DNA from: Eledone cirrhosa
Taxonomy: Eukaryota
Assembly: GCA_964016885.1 (NCBI GenBank)
Contig: OZ024766.1
Span: forward strand, 20,708,001-20,772,000
Length of the DNA stretch: 64,000 nt
Direction: 5' to 3'
A model generated the notes under the pieces. It made no database searches, was not told the origin of the DNA, and saw only the letters and a program-made list of their open reading frames with translations. Shown piece by piece: positions 1 through 13,195 of this stretch (position 1 is its first letter; each line of letters begins with the position of its first letter). The position numbers and the translations under genes are program-made.

Positions 1-1127
1 GTGGTTAGAGCATTGGCTTTGCAATGGAAAGGTTGTGAGTTCAATTCTCAGACCGGGTGATGTGTTGTTTCCTTGAGCAAGGCACTTTATTTCACATTGC
101 TCCAGTTTACTCAGCTGTAGAAATGAGATGATAGGGACTGGGGTCCCTATCATTCCACTGTAAAGTGGTCGTGGAGGTGCCACGGCAAAAGAGCACCCAG
201 CACTCACTGTAAAGTGGTCGTGGAGGTGCCACGGCAAAAAAAGCACCCAGCACTCACTGTAAAGTGGTCGTGGAGGTGCCACGGCAAAAAAAGCACCCAG
301 CACTCACTGTAAAGTGGTCGTGGAGGTGCCACGGCAAAAAAGCACCCAGCCCACACTGTAAAGTGGTCGTGGAGGTGCCACGGCAAAAAAAAGCACCCAG
401 CACTCACTGTAAAGTGGTCGTGGAGGTGCCACGGCAAAAAAGCACCCAGCACTTACTGTAAAGTGGTCGTGGAGGTGCCACGGCAAAAAGAGCACCCAGC
501 ACTCACTGTAAAGTGGTCGTGGAGGTGCCACGGCAAAAAAGCACCCAGCGCTTACTGCAAAGTGGTTGTGGAGGTGCCACGGCAAAAAAAGCACCCAGCC
601 CACACTGTAAAGTGGTCGTGGAGGTGCCACGGCAAAAAAAAGCACCCAGCACTCACTGTAAAGTGGTCGTGGAGGTGCCACGGCAAAAAAAAGCACCCAG
701 CACTCACTGTAAAGTGGTCGTGGAGGTGCCACGGCAAAAAAAAGCACCCAGCACTCACTGTAAAGTGGTCGTGGAGGTGCCACGGCAAAAAAAGCACCCA
801 GCCCACACTGTAAAGTGGTCGTGGAGGTGCCACGGCAAAAAAAAGCACCCAGCACTCACTGTAAAGTGGTCGTGGAGATGCCACGGAAAAAAAGCACCCA
901 GCCCTCACTGTAAAGTGGTCGTGGAGGTGTCACGGCAAAAAAGCACCCAGCACTCACTGTAAAGTGGTCGTGGAGGTGCAGGGCAAAAAAGCACCCAGCA
1001 CTCACTGTAAATGAGGTTGGTGTTAGGAAGGGCATCCAGCTGTAGAAATCAAGCCAGAATCAGTTCCCGTCCCACCCTTGCAAGCAGGGAAAAGCGGACG
1101 TAAAATGAAATGAAAATGAAATGATGA
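1..1127 (+). mobile_element. tRNA-derived CORE-type SINE (family A) with internal ~50-bp tandem expansion and RTE-derived tail
   Basis: A/B-box-like head (TGGTTAGAG...GAGTTCAATTC); CORE-like block CCTTGAGCAAGGCACTT...CAGCTGTAGAAATG; ~17 copies of a ~50-bp unit (~155-1010); tail CCCACCCTTGCAAGCAGGGAAAAGCGGACGTAAAATGAAATGATGAT also found on RTE fragments in this window. Confidence 0.85.
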
Positions 1128-1239
1128 TTGTTTTACACGTTTTTATTGAATGTAAACTTCCCCCCATTGTACTTGTCCCCTTCTTTTGTGCCCTTGTGGC
1201 TAATAAAGAAACATAGCTATCTATCTATCTATATATCTA

Positions 1240-1331
1240 TATATCTCTCTGTCTCTCTCTGTCTCTCTGTCTCTCTCTCTCTCTCTCTGTCTGTCTCTCT
1301 CTCTGTCTGTCTCTCTCTCTCTGTCTGTCTC

Positions 1332-1378
<47 letters not shown>

Positions 1379-1493
1379 GTCTGTCTCTCTGTCTGTCTCT
1401 CTGTCTGTCTCTCTCTCTCTCTGTCTGTCTCTCTGTCTGTCTCTCTCTCTCTCTGCCTGTCTGTCTGTCTCTCTCTCTCTCTGTCTGTCTCTC

Positions 1494-1537
<44 letters not shown>

Positions 1538-1649
1538 TCTCTCTCTCTCTCTGTCTGTCTGTCTGTCTGTCTCTCTCTGTCTCTCTGTCTGTCTCTCTCT
1601 CTCTCTGTCTCTCTCTCTCTCTGTCTGTCTCTCTCTCTGTCTGTCTCTC

Positions 1650-1724
<75 letters not shown>

Positions 1725-1730
1725 GTCTCT
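1240..1730. repeat. (CT)n/(CTGT)n microsatellite
   Basis: Directly visible. Confidence 0.97.
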
Positions 1731-1764
1731 AAGTGTCACTCGAATCTCTGTTGTTCTCTTCCAG

Positions 1765-1933
1765 ACTTGAGTGTCAAGCTGAGTGTGAGCAATGCCTCGA
1801 CCAGTGAGTGGAGGATTGAGCAAGCGAAGCACGAGGAGGAGATGAGACGGCTTGAAGAGGAGAGGTTGGAGGAGAGGACATACTGGAGGGGACGTGTACG
1901 GCAGAGAGAGGAGGAGGTGGTGGAGATGAGAAG
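1765..1933 (+). CDS. CCDC57: CCDC57-like coiled-coil protein, internal exon
   Basis: ttccag acceptor, AG|gtgaga donor; encodes DLSVKLSVSNASTSEWRIEQAKHEEEMRRLEEERLEERTYWRGRVRQREEEVVEMR; phase-compatible with next exon. Confidence 0.8.
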
Positions 1934-1959
1934 GTGAGAGAAGTGGGGGGGGGGGGGGC

Positions 1960-3612
1960 TGGTTATTGTGTTGGTGTTGTGGTGGTGGTGTTGGTGGTGC
2001 TGGTGTTGTGTTGTGGTGGTGGTGGTGGTGTAGTGGTGGTGGTAGTGTGGTGGTGGTGGTGCTGGTGGTGGTGTAGTGGTGGTTGTTGTGTTGTGGTGGT
2101 GGTGGTGGTAGTGGTTGTGTTGTGGTGGTGGTGGTGGTGGTGGTGGTGTAGTGGTTGTGTTGTGGTGGTGGTGGTTATTGTGTTGTAGTGGTGGTGTTGT
2201 GGTGGTGGTGGTGGTTGTGTTGTGGTGGTAGTAGTGGTGGTGGTGGTGGTGGTTGTGTTGTGGTGGTGGTGTTGGTGGTGGTGGTGCTGGTGGTGTTGTG
2301 TTGTGGTGGTGGTGTAGTGGTGGTGGTGGTGCTGGTGTTGTGTTGTGGTGGTTGTGTAGTGGTGGTTGTTGTGTTGTGGTGGTGGTGGTGGTTATTGTGT
2401 TGTGGTAGTGGTGGTGTTGTGTTGTGGTGGTGGTGTAGTGGTGGTGGTGGTGCTGGTGTTGTATTGTGGTGGTGGTGTAGTGGTGGTTGTTGTGTTGTGG
2501 TGGTGGTGGTGGTTATTGTGTTGTGGTAGTGGTGGTGGTTGTGTTGTGGTGGTGGTGGTGCTGGTGTTGTATTGTGGTGGTGGTGTAGTGGTGGTTGTTG
2601 TGTTGTGGTGGTGGTGGTGGTTATTGTGTTGTGGTAGTGGTGGTGGTTGTGTTGTGGTGGTGGTGGTGGTTGTGTTGTGGTGGTGGTGGTTGTGTTGTGG
2701 TGGTGTAGTGGTGGTTATTGTGTTGTGGTAGTGGTGGTGGTTGTGTTGTGGTGGTGGTGGTTGTGTTGTGGTGGTGGTGGTGGTTGTGTTGTGGTGGTGG
2801 TGGTTGTGTTGTGGTGGTGGTGGTGGTTGTGTTGTGGTGGTGGTGGTTGTGTTGTGGTGGTGTAGTGGTGGTTATTGTGTTGTGGTAGTGGTGGTTATTG
2901 TGTTGTGGTGGTGGTGGTGGTTGTGTTGTGGTGGTGGTGGTGGTTGTGTTGTGGTGGTGTAGTGGTGGTTATTGTGTTGTGGTAGTGGTGGTTATTGTGT
3001 TGTGGTAGTGGTGGTGGTTGTGTTGTGGTGGTGGTTGTGGTGTGGTGGTGGTTGTGTTGTGGTGGTGGTGGTGGTTATTGTGTTGTGGTGGTGGTGGTGG
3101 TTGTGTTGTGGTGGTGGTTGTGTTGTGGGGGTGGTGGTGGTTGTGTTGTGGGGGGGGGGTTGTGGTGGTGGTTGTGTTGTGGGGGGGGGGGGGGGGGGGG
3201 TAGTAGTGGTGGTGGTAGTGCTGGTGGTGGTGGTTGTTGTGTTGTGGTGGAGGTGGTGGTGGTGGTGTAGTGGTGGTGGTGGTGGTTATTGTGTTGTAGT
3301 GGTGGTGTTGTGGTGGTGGTTGTGTTGTGGTAGTGGTGTAGTGGTGGTGGTGGTGGTGGTTATTGTGTTGTGGTGATGGTAGTGGTGGTGGTGGTGGTTG
3401 TTGTGGTGTGGTGGTGGCGGTGCAGAGAGAGGTGGTGGTGGTGGTGGTGGTAGTGGTGGTGGTAGTGTAGTGGTGGTTGTGTTGTGGTGGTGGTGGTGGT
3501 GTGGTGGTGGTGGTTGTGGTGTAGTGGTGGTGGTGGTGTAGTGGTGGTGGTGGTGTAGTGGTGCTGGTGGTGTTGGTGGTGTTGTTGTAGTGGTGGTGGT
3601 GGTTGTAATGTT
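1960..3612. repeat. (GGT)n/(GTT)n/(GT)n low-complexity tract
   Basis: Directly visible. Confidence 0.95.
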
Positions 3613-3615
3613 GTA

Positions 3616-4151
3616 ATTAGGTGAAAAACTGCGTTTTTTCAGCTTTTTAGGGGTTTTTTTGAGTCGTTACCTCAGACCGAATTCCTTTAAATTGTAACTA
3701 TGTATTAGTCAGTCTCTTCTTCATACCGTGAGCAAAGAAAATCCATCTTTTTTATGGCCTAGGGGCCGCATTAGGTGAAAAACTTCATTTTTTCAGCTAT
3801 TTAGGGCTCTTTTGAGTCGTTACCTCAGACCGAATTCCTTGAAATTGTAACTATGTATTAGTCAGCCTCTTCTTCATACCGTGAGCAAAGAAAATCCAAC
3901 TTTTTTTATGGCCTAGGGCCGGCATTAGGTGAAAAACTTCATTTTTGAGGCGTGACGTCGAAATCGCATTCAGAGTTATTTCCCTTGGACTGCTTCATCG
4001 AGGAAAATCTTAAAGATTATCCAGCCATCAGAGTATTCGGTTTATTTTCTTTACATATTGTCCAGGCATGCAGTTTTTACACGGTTAGGTCCGTCGGCGG
4101 CCCGCGTTAAAAAAATACCTTATCCCGTGCAACGCCGGGTACCACTGCTAG
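3616..4151 (+). mobile_element. Non-autonomous Helitron-like element (3' end) with internal ~155-bp tandem duplication
   Basis: Two full copies plus a partial copy of a unit starting TTAGGTGAAAAACT; ends in GC-rich hairpin CCCGTGCAACGCCGGG, then CTAG followed by T, the canonical Helitron 3' signature. Confidence 0.65.
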
Positions 4152-4192
4152 TTATATATATATATATATATAAAACTATTGATTTATTACAG

Positions 4193-4314
4193 GGGCAAGG
4201 TGTGTAAACTGGATGAAGAGAGGAAACAGTACGAGGAACTAAAGAGAACTTTACAGTGGAACTTACTGGAGTCACAGGAAACCATGTTGGAGGAACGCCG
4301 GCTGTTGGAGGAAA
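4193..4314 (+). CDS. CCDC57: CCDC57-like exon (probable GC donor)
   Basis: ttacag acceptor; GKVCKLDEERKQYEELKRTLQWNLLESQETMLEERRLLEE; frame with next exon is kept only if the donor is A|gcaagt at 4315. Confidence 0.78.
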
Positions 4315-4389
4315 GCAAGTACTCTGATTGTTTTACGTCCATTCTTCCACGCTAGCATGGGTTAGACAGGTTGTCCTGTTGTGGACACA

Positions 4390-7381
4390 ACATCTACATT
4401 ACTCTATATATACTATTGTATTGTCACAGTAAAGGCTTTACCTCACATAATATCTCACATAACATTTACATTACTCTATATATACTATTGTATTGTCACA
4501 GTAAAGGCTTTACCTCACATAATACCTCACATAACATTTACATTACTCTATATATACTATTGTATTGTCACAGTAAAGGCTTTACCTCACATAATACCTC
4601 ACATAACATTTACATTACTCTATATATACTATTGTATTGTCACAGTAAAGGCTTTACCTCACATAATATCTCACATAACATTTACATTACTCTATATAAA
4701 CTATTGTATTGTCACAGTAAAGGCTTTACCTCACATAATATCTCACATAACATTTACATTACTCTATATATACTACTGTATTGTCACAGTAAAGGCTTTA
4801 CCTCACATAATATCTCACATAACATTTACATTACTCTATATATACTATTGTATTGTCACAGTAAAGGCTTTACCTCACATAATATCTCACATAACATTTA
4901 CATTACTCTATATATACTATTGTATTGTCACAGTAAAGGCTTTACCTCACATAACATTTACATTACTCTATATATACTATTGTATTGTCACAGTAAAGGC
5001 TTTACCTCACATAATATCTCACATAACATTTACATTACTCTATATATACTATTGTATTGTCACAGTAAAGGCTTTACCTCACATAATACCTCACATAACA
5101 TTTACATTACTCTATATATACTATTGTATTGTCACAGTAAAGGCTTTACCTCACATAATATCTCACATAACATTTACATTACTCTATATAAACTATTGTA
5201 TTGTCACAGTAAAGGCTTTACCTCACATAATATCTCACATAACATTTACATTACTCTATATATACTATTGTATTGTCACAGTAAAGGCTTTACCTCACAT
5301 AACATTTACATTACTCTATATATACTATTGTATTGTCACAGTAAAGGCTTTACCTCACATAATATCTCACATAACATTTACATTACTCTATATATACTAT
5401 TGTATTGTCACAGTAAAGGCTTTACCTCACATAATACCTCACATAACATTTACATTACTCTATATATACTATTGTATTGTCACAGTAAAGGCTTTACCTC
5501 ACATAATATCTCACATAACATTTACATTACTCTATATAAACTATTGTATTGTCACAGTAAAGGCTTTACCTCACATAATATCTCACATAACATTTACATT
5601 ACTCTATATATACTACTGTATTGTCACAGTAAAGGCTTTACCTCACATAATATCTCACATAACATTTACATTACTCTATATATACTATTGTATTGTCACA
5701 GTAAAGGCTTTACCTCACATAATATCTCACATAACATTTACATTACTCTATATATACTATTGTATTGTCACAGTAAAGGCTTTACCTCACATAATACCTC
5801 ACATAACATTTACATTACTCTATATATACTATTGTATTGTCACAGTAAAGGCTTTACCTCACATAATATCTCACATAACATTTACATTACTCTATATATA
5901 CTATTGTATTTTCACAGTAAAGGCTTTACCTCACATAATATCTCACATAACATTTACATTACTCTATATATACTATTGTATTGTCACAGTAAAGGCTTTA
6001 CCTCACATAATACCTCACATAACATTTACATTACTCTATATATACTATTGTATTGTCACAGTAAAGGCTTTACCTCACATAACATCTCACATAACATTTA
6101 CATTACTCTATATAAACTATTGTATTGTCACAGTAAAGGCTTTACCTCACATAATATCTCACATAACATTTACATTACTCTATATATACTACTGTATTGT
6201 CACAGTAAAGGCTTTACCTCACATAATATCTCACATAACATTTACATTACTCTATATATACTATTGTATTGTCACAGTAAAGGCTTTACCTCACATAATA
6301 TCTCACATAACATTTACATTACTCTATATATACTATTGTATTGTCACAGTAAAGGCTTTACCTCACATAATACCTCACATAACATTTACATTACTCTATA
6401 TATACTATTGTATTGTCACAGTAAAGGCTTTACCTCACATAATATCTCACATAACATTTACATTACTCTATATATACTATTGTATTGTCACAGTAAAGGC
6501 TTTACCTCACATAATACCTCACATAACATTTACATTACTCTATATATACTATTGTATTGTCACAGTAAAGGCTTTACCTCACATAATATCTCACATAACA
6601 TTTACATTACTCTATATAAACTATTGTATTGTCACAGTAAAGGCTTTACCTCACATAATATCTCACATAACATTTACATTACTCTATATATACTATTGTA
6701 TTTTCACAGTAAAGGCTTTACCTCACATAATATCTCACATAACATTTACATTACTCTATATATACTATTGTATTGTCACAGTAAAGGCTTTACCTCACAT
6801 AATATCTCACATAACATTTACATTACTCTATATATACTATTGTATTGTCACAGTAAAGGCTTTACCTCACATAATACCTCACATAACATTTACATTACTC
6901 TATATATACTATTGTATTGTCACAGTAAAGGCTTTACCTCACATAATACCTCACATAACATTTACATTACTCTATATATACTATTGTATTGTCACAGTAA
7001 AGGCTTTACCTCACATAATACCTCACATAACATTTACATTACTCTATATATACTATTGTATTGTCACAGTAAAGGCTTTACCTCACATAATACCTCACAT
7101 AACATTTACATTACTCTATATATACTATTGTATTGTCACAGTAAAGGCTTTACCTCACATAATACCTCACATAACATTTACATTACTCTATATATACTAT
7201 TGTATTGTCACAGTAAAGGCTTTACCTCACATAATACCTCACATAACATTTACATTACTCTATATATACTATTGTATTGTCACAGTAAAGGCTTTACCTC
7301 ACATAATACCTCACATAACATTTACATTACTCTATATATACTATTGTATTGTCACAGTAAAGGCTTTACCTCACATAATAT
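4390..7381. repeat. 72-bp tandem repeat, ~41 copies with occasional 60-bp variants
   Basis: Unit TCACATAACATTTACATTACTCTATATATACTATTGTATTGTCACAGTAAAGGCTTTACCTCACATAATATC; intronic in CCDC57. Confidence 0.97.
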
Positions 7382-7538
7382 CGAAGCTAGGAAATTTTGA
7401 TGCTATTTATTTTGAGAACAATACCTTAACATCAGTATGAGTGGCCAATTATGGCTGGTTTGAACAGGTGAGAGAATTCTGGTGGCAGGATATGGCCGGT
7501 TTAAATGCTAAAGTGTTAACACAATTCCTCTCTTGTAG

Positions 7539-7627
7539 GTTTTGATGATGCGTTGAAGAAACGAGAACACGAATTCCGTCTTAAAGCTGATGAGATGAAC
7601 AATGCCCTGAAAACAGAGAACCTTCAG
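7539..7627 (+). CDS. CCDC57: CCDC57-like exon
   Basis: cttgtag acceptor, CAG|gtataa donor; FDDALKKREHEFRLKADEMNNALKTENLQ matches the recalled CCDC57 motif KREHEFRLQADNM. Confidence 0.85.
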
Positions 7628-7635
7628 GTATAAGA

Positions 7636-10600
7636 GGAGACTGAGATGGTATGGACATGTGATGTGTTGTGAGAGAAACTGTATATAAGAGGGATAAGTT
7701 GTGGTGTGTGGGAGAGGAGACTGAGATGGTATGGACATGTGATGTGTTGAGAGAGAAACTGTGTATAAGAGGGATAAGTTGTGGTGTGTGGGTGAGAAGA
7801 CTGAGGTGGTATGGACATGTGATGTGTTGAGAGAGAAACTGTGTATAAGAGGGATAAGTTGTGGTGTGTGGGAGAGAAGACTGAGGTGGTATGGACATGT
7901 GATGTGTTGAGAGAGAAACTGGGTATAAGAGGGATAAGTTGTGGTGTGTGGGAGAGAAGACTGAGATGGTATGGACATGTGATGTGTTGAGAGAGAAACT
8001 GTGTATAAGAGGGATAAGTTGTGGTGTGTGGGTGAGAAGACTGAGGTGGTATGGACATGTGATGTGTTGAGAGAGAAACTGTGTATAAGAGGGATAAGTT
8101 GTGGTGTGTGGGAGAGAAGACTGAGGTGGTATGGACATGTGATGTGTTGAGAGAGAAACTGGGTATAAGAGGGATAAGTTGTGGTGTGTGGGAGAGAAGA
8201 CTGAGATGGTATGGACATGTGATGTGTTGAGAGAGAAACTGTGTATGAGGGATAAGTTGTGGTGTGTGGGAGAGAGGAGACTGAGATGGTATGGACATGT
8301 GATGTGTTGAGAGAGAAACTGTGTATAAGAGGGATAAGTTGTGGTGTGTGGGAGAGAAGGCTGAGATGGTATGGACATGTGATGTGTTGAGAGAGAAACT
8401 GTGTATAAGAGGGATAAGTTGTGGTGTGTGGGAGAGAAGACTGAGGTGGTATGGACATGTGATGTGTTGAGAGAGAAACTGTGTATAAGAGGGATAAGTT
8501 GTGGTGTGTGGGAGAGGAGACTGAGGTGGTATGGACATGTGATGTGTTGAGAGAGAAACTGTATATAAGAGGGATAAGTTGTAGTGTGTGGGAGAGGAGA
8601 CTGAGATGGTATGGACATGTGATGTGTTGAGAGAGAAACTGTGTATAAGAGGGATAAGTTGTGGTGTGTGGGAGAGAAGACTGAGATGGTATGGACATGT
8701 GACGTGTTGAGAGAGAAACTGTGTATAAGAGGGATAAGTTGTGGTGTGTGGGAGAGAAGACTGAGGTGGTATGGACATGTGATGTGTTGAGAGAGAAACT
8801 GGGTATAAGAGGGATAAGTTGTGGTGTGTGGGAGAGAAGACTGAGATGGTATGGACATGTGATGTGTTGAGAGAGAAACTGTGTATAAGAGGGATAAGTT
8901 GTGGTGTGTGGGTGAGAAGACTGAGGTGGTATGGACATGTGATGTGTTGAGAGAGAAACTGTGTATAAGAGGGATAAGTTGTGGTGTGTGGGAGAGAAGA
9001 CTGAGGTGGTATGGACATGTGATGTGTTGAGAGAGAAACTGGGTATAAGAGGGATAAGTTGTGGTGTGTGGGAGAGAAGACTGAGGTGGTATGGACATGT
9101 GATGAGTTGAGAGAGAAACTGTGTATAAGAGGGATAAGTTGTGGTGTACGGGAGAGGAGAGTGAGATGGTATGGACATGTGATGTGTTGAGAGAGAAACT
9201 GGGTATAAGAGGGATAAGTTGTGGTGTGTGGGTGAGAAGACTGAGGTGGTATGGACATGTGATGTGTTGAGAGAGAAACTGGGTATAAGAGGGATAAGTT
9301 GTGGTGTGTGGGAGAGAAGACTGAGGTGGTATGGACATGTGATGTGTTGAGAGAGAAACTGTATAAGAGGGATAAGTTGTGGTGTGTGGGGAGAGAAGAC
9401 TGAGATGGTATGGACATGTGATGTGTTGAGAGAGAAACTGTGTATAAGAGGGATAAGTTGTGGTGTGTGGGAGAGAAGACTGAGATGGTATGGACATGTG
9501 ATGTGTTGAGAGAGAAACTGGGTATAAAAGGGATAAGTTGTGGTGTGTGGGAGAGAAGACTGAGGTGGTATGGACATGTGATGTGTTGAGAGAGAAACTG
9601 TGTATAAGAGGGATAAGTTGTGGTGTGTGGGAGAGAAGACTGAGGTGGTATGGACATGTGATGAGTTGAGAGAGAAACTGTGTATAAGAGGGATAAGTTG
9701 TGGTGTGTGGGAGAGAAGACTGAGGTGGTATGGACATGTGATGTGTTGAGAGAGAAACTGTGTATAAGAGGGATAAGTTGTGGTGTGTGGGAGAGGAGAC
9801 TGAGGTGGTATGGACATGTGATGTGTTGAGAGAGAAACTGTGTATAAGAGGGATAAGTTGTGGTGTGTGGGAGAGAAGACTGAGGTGGTATGGACATGTG
9901 ATGTGTTGAGAGAGAAACTGTATAAGAGGGATAAGTTGTGGTGTGTGGGAGAGGAGACTGAGGTGGTATGGACATGTGATGTGTTGAGAGAGAAACTGTG
10001 TATAAGAGGGATAAGTTGTAGTGTGTGGGAGAGAAGACTGAGGTGGTATGGACATGTGATGTGTTGAGAGAGAAACTGTATAAGAGGGATAAGTTGTGGT
10101 GTGTGGGAGAGGAGACTGAGGTGGTATGGACATGTGATGTGTTGAGAGAGAAACTGTGTATAAGAGGGATAAGTTGTGATGTGTGGGAGAGAAGACTGAG
10201 ATGGTATGGACATGTGATGTGTTGAGAGAGAAACTGGGTATAAGAGGGATAAGTTGTGGTATGTGGGAGAGAAGACTGAGGTGGTATGGACATGTGATGT
10301 GTTGAGAGAGAAACTGGGTATAAGAGGGATAAGTTGTAGTGTGTGGGAGAGAAGACTGAGATGGTATGGACATGTGATGAGTTGAGAGAGAAACTGTGTA
10401 TAAGAGGGATAAGTTGTAGTGTACGGGAGAGGAGACTGAGATGGTATGGACATGTGATGTGTTGAGAGAGAAACTGGGTATAAGAGGGATAAGTTATAGT
10501 GTTGAGAGAGAAGACTGAGATGGTATGGACATGTGATGAATTGAGAGAGAAACTGGGTATAAGAGGGATAAGTTATAGTGTTGAGAGAGAAGACTGAGAT

Positions 10601-12840
10601 GGTATGGACATGTGATGTGTTGAGAGAGAAACTGTGTATAAGAGGGATAAGTTGTGGTGTGTGGGAGAGAAGACTGAGATGGTATGGACATGTGACGTGT
10701 TGAGAGAGAAACTGTGTATAAGAGGGATAAGTTGTGGTGTGTGGGAGAGAAGACTGAGGTGGTATGGACATGTGATGTGTTGAGAGAGAAACTGGGTATA
10801 AGAGGGATAAGTTGTGGTGTGTGGGAGAGAAGACTGAGATGGTATGGACATGTGATGTGTTGAGAGAGAAACTGTGTATAAGAGGGATAAGTTGTGGTGT
10901 GTGGGTGAGAAGACTGAGGTGGTATGGACATGTGATGTGTTGAGAGAGAAACTGTGTATAAGAGGGATAAGTTGTGGTGTGTGGGAGAGAAGACTGAGGT
11001 GGTATGGACATGTGATGTGTTGAGAGAGAAACTGTGTATAAGAGGGATAAGTTGTGGTGTGTGGGAGAGGAGACTGAGGTGGTATGGACATGTGATGTGT
11101 TGAGAGAGAAACTGTATATAAGAGGGATAAGTTGTAGTGTGTGGGAGAGGAGACTGAGATGGTATGGACATGTGATGTGTTGAGAGAGAAACTGTGTATA
11201 AGAGGGATAAGTTGTGGTGTGTGGGAGAGAAGACTGAGATGGTATGGACATGTGACGTGTTGAGAGAGAAACTGTGTATAAGAGGGATAAGTTGTGGTGT
11301 GTGGGAGAGAAGACTGAGGTGGTATGGACATGTGATGTGTTGAGAGAGAAACTGGGTATAAGAGGGATAAGTTGTGGTGTGTGGGAGAGAAGACTGAGAT
11401 GGTATGGACATGTGATGTGTTGAGAGAGAAACTGTGTATAAGAGGGATAAGTTGTGGTGTGTGGGTGAGAAGACTGAGGTGGTATGGACATGTGATGTGT
11501 TGAGAGAGAAACTGTGTATAAGAGGGATAAGTTGTGGTGTGTGGGAGAGAAGACTGAGGTGGTATGGACATGTGATGTGTTGAGAGAGAAACTGTATAAG
11601 AGGGATAAGTTGTGGTGTGTGGGAGAGAAGACTGAGATGGTATGGACATGTGATGTGTTGAGAGAGAAACTGTGTATAAGAGGGATAAGTTGTGGTGTGT
11701 GGGAGAGAAGACTGAGATGGTATGGACATGTGATGTGTTGAGAGAGAAACTGGGTATAAAAGGGATAAGTTGTGGTGTGTGGGAGAGAAGACTGAGGTGG
11801 TATGGACATGTGATGTGTTGAGAGAGAAACTGTGTATAAGAGGGATAAGTTGTGGTGTGTGGGAGAGAAGACTGAGGTGGTATGGACATGTGATGAGTTG
11901 AGAGAGAAACTGTGTATAAGAGGGATAAGTTGTGGTGTGTGGGAGAGAAGACTGAGGTGGTATGGACATGTGATGTGTTGAGAGAGAAACTGTGTATAAG
12001 AGGGATAAGTTGTGGTGTGTGGGAGAGGAGACTGAGGTGGTATGGACATGTGATGTGTTGAGAGAGAAACTGTGTATAAGAGGGATAAGTTGTGGTGTGT
12101 GGGAGAGAAGACTGAGGTGGTATGGACATGTGATGTGTTGAGAGAGAAACTGTATAAGAGGGATAAGTTGTGGTGTGTGGGAGAGGAGACTGAGGTGGTA
12201 TGGACATGTGATGTGTTGAGAGAGAAACTGTGTATAAGAGGGATAAGTTGTAGTGTGTGGGAGAGAAGACTGAGGTGGTATGGACATGTGATGTGTTGAG
12301 AGAGAAACTGTATAAGAGGATAAGTTGTGGTGTGTGGGAGAGGAGACTGAGGTGGTATTGGACATGTGATGTGTTGAGAGAGAAACTGTGTATAAGAGGA
12401 TAAGTTGTGATGTGTGGGAGAGAAGACTGAGATGGTATGGACATGTGATGTGTTGAGAGAGAAACTGGGTATAAGAGGGATAAGTTGTAGTGTACGGGAG
12501 AGGAGACTGAGATGTATGGACATGTGATGTGTTGAGAGAGAAACTGGGTATAAGAGGGATAAGTTATAGTGTTGAGAGAGAAGACTGAGATGGTATGGAC
12601 ATGTGATGTGTTGAGAGAGAAACTGTGTATAAGAGGGATAAGTTGTGGTGTGTGGGAGAGAAGACTGAGATGGTATGGACATGTGATGTGTTGACAGAGA
12701 AACTGTATATAAGAGGGATAAGTTGTGGTGTGTGGGAGAGAAGACTGAGGTGGTATGGACATGTGATGTGTTGAGAGAGAAACTGTGTATAAGAGGGATA
12801 AGTTGTGGTGTGTGGGAGAGGAGACTGAGGTGGTATGGTC
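7636..12840 (+). repeat. 80-bp tandem array (~65 copies) derived from RTE LINE ORF segment
   Basis: Unit encodes LREKLCIRGISCGVWERRLRWYGHVM, the RRLRWYGHV motif of RTE-clade ORF C-termini; runs directly into an RTE 3' end. Confidence 0.93.
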
Positions 12841-13068
12841 ATGTGATACACATGGAGGATGACTGCTGGGTAAAGAAGTGCCAAGAAATCTCAGTAGAAG
12901 GAAGACCACGAAAAACATGGGCGGAGGTGGTGAGAGCAGACCTCAGATCACTGAAGCTCACGGAGGAGATGACGAAGGACCGTGGCAAGTGGAGAGATGC
13001 TGTGCTGAATAGGACCCGTCCCACCCTTGCAAGCAGGAAAAAGGGGACGTAAATTGATGATGATGATA
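12841..13068 (+). mobile_element. RTE-clade LINE 3' end
   Basis: IHMEDDCWVKKCQEISVEGRPRKTWAEVVRADLRSLKLTEEMTKDRGKWRDAV with GRPRKTW and DRxxWR motifs; (GAT)n tail. Confidence 0.88.
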
Positions 13069-13195
13069 CAAAAAAGTATATATATATATATATATATACT
13101 TTTGTGTATATATACATATAGAAAAAAGTGTATTCATTTCGGGCGTAAAACGATGATGATGATGATATATATATAGGGAGATTATATTTTGATTG

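Noticed and set aside
1-57. tRNA gene (also other SINE heads, e.g. 13196 and 18222)
   Set aside because: A/B boxes are present but continue into SINE body and tail; no complete cloverleaf
155-1010. CRISPR-like regular ~50-bp repeats (also 47580-49900 and 61300-62170)
   Set aside because: Units are contiguous with no unique spacers and no cas genes; they are the internal module of a eukaryotic SINE
4371-7440. 1009-aa and 1019-aa ORFs
   Set aside because: Translations of a 72-bp satellite lying in a CCDC57 intron
7508-12918. 1724/930/889/781-aa His/Ser/Thr-rich ORFs (also 22813-25323 and 44876-46528)
   Set aside because: Antisense reading of the 80-bp RTE-derived array; all three frames are open because that strand of the unit lacks stops
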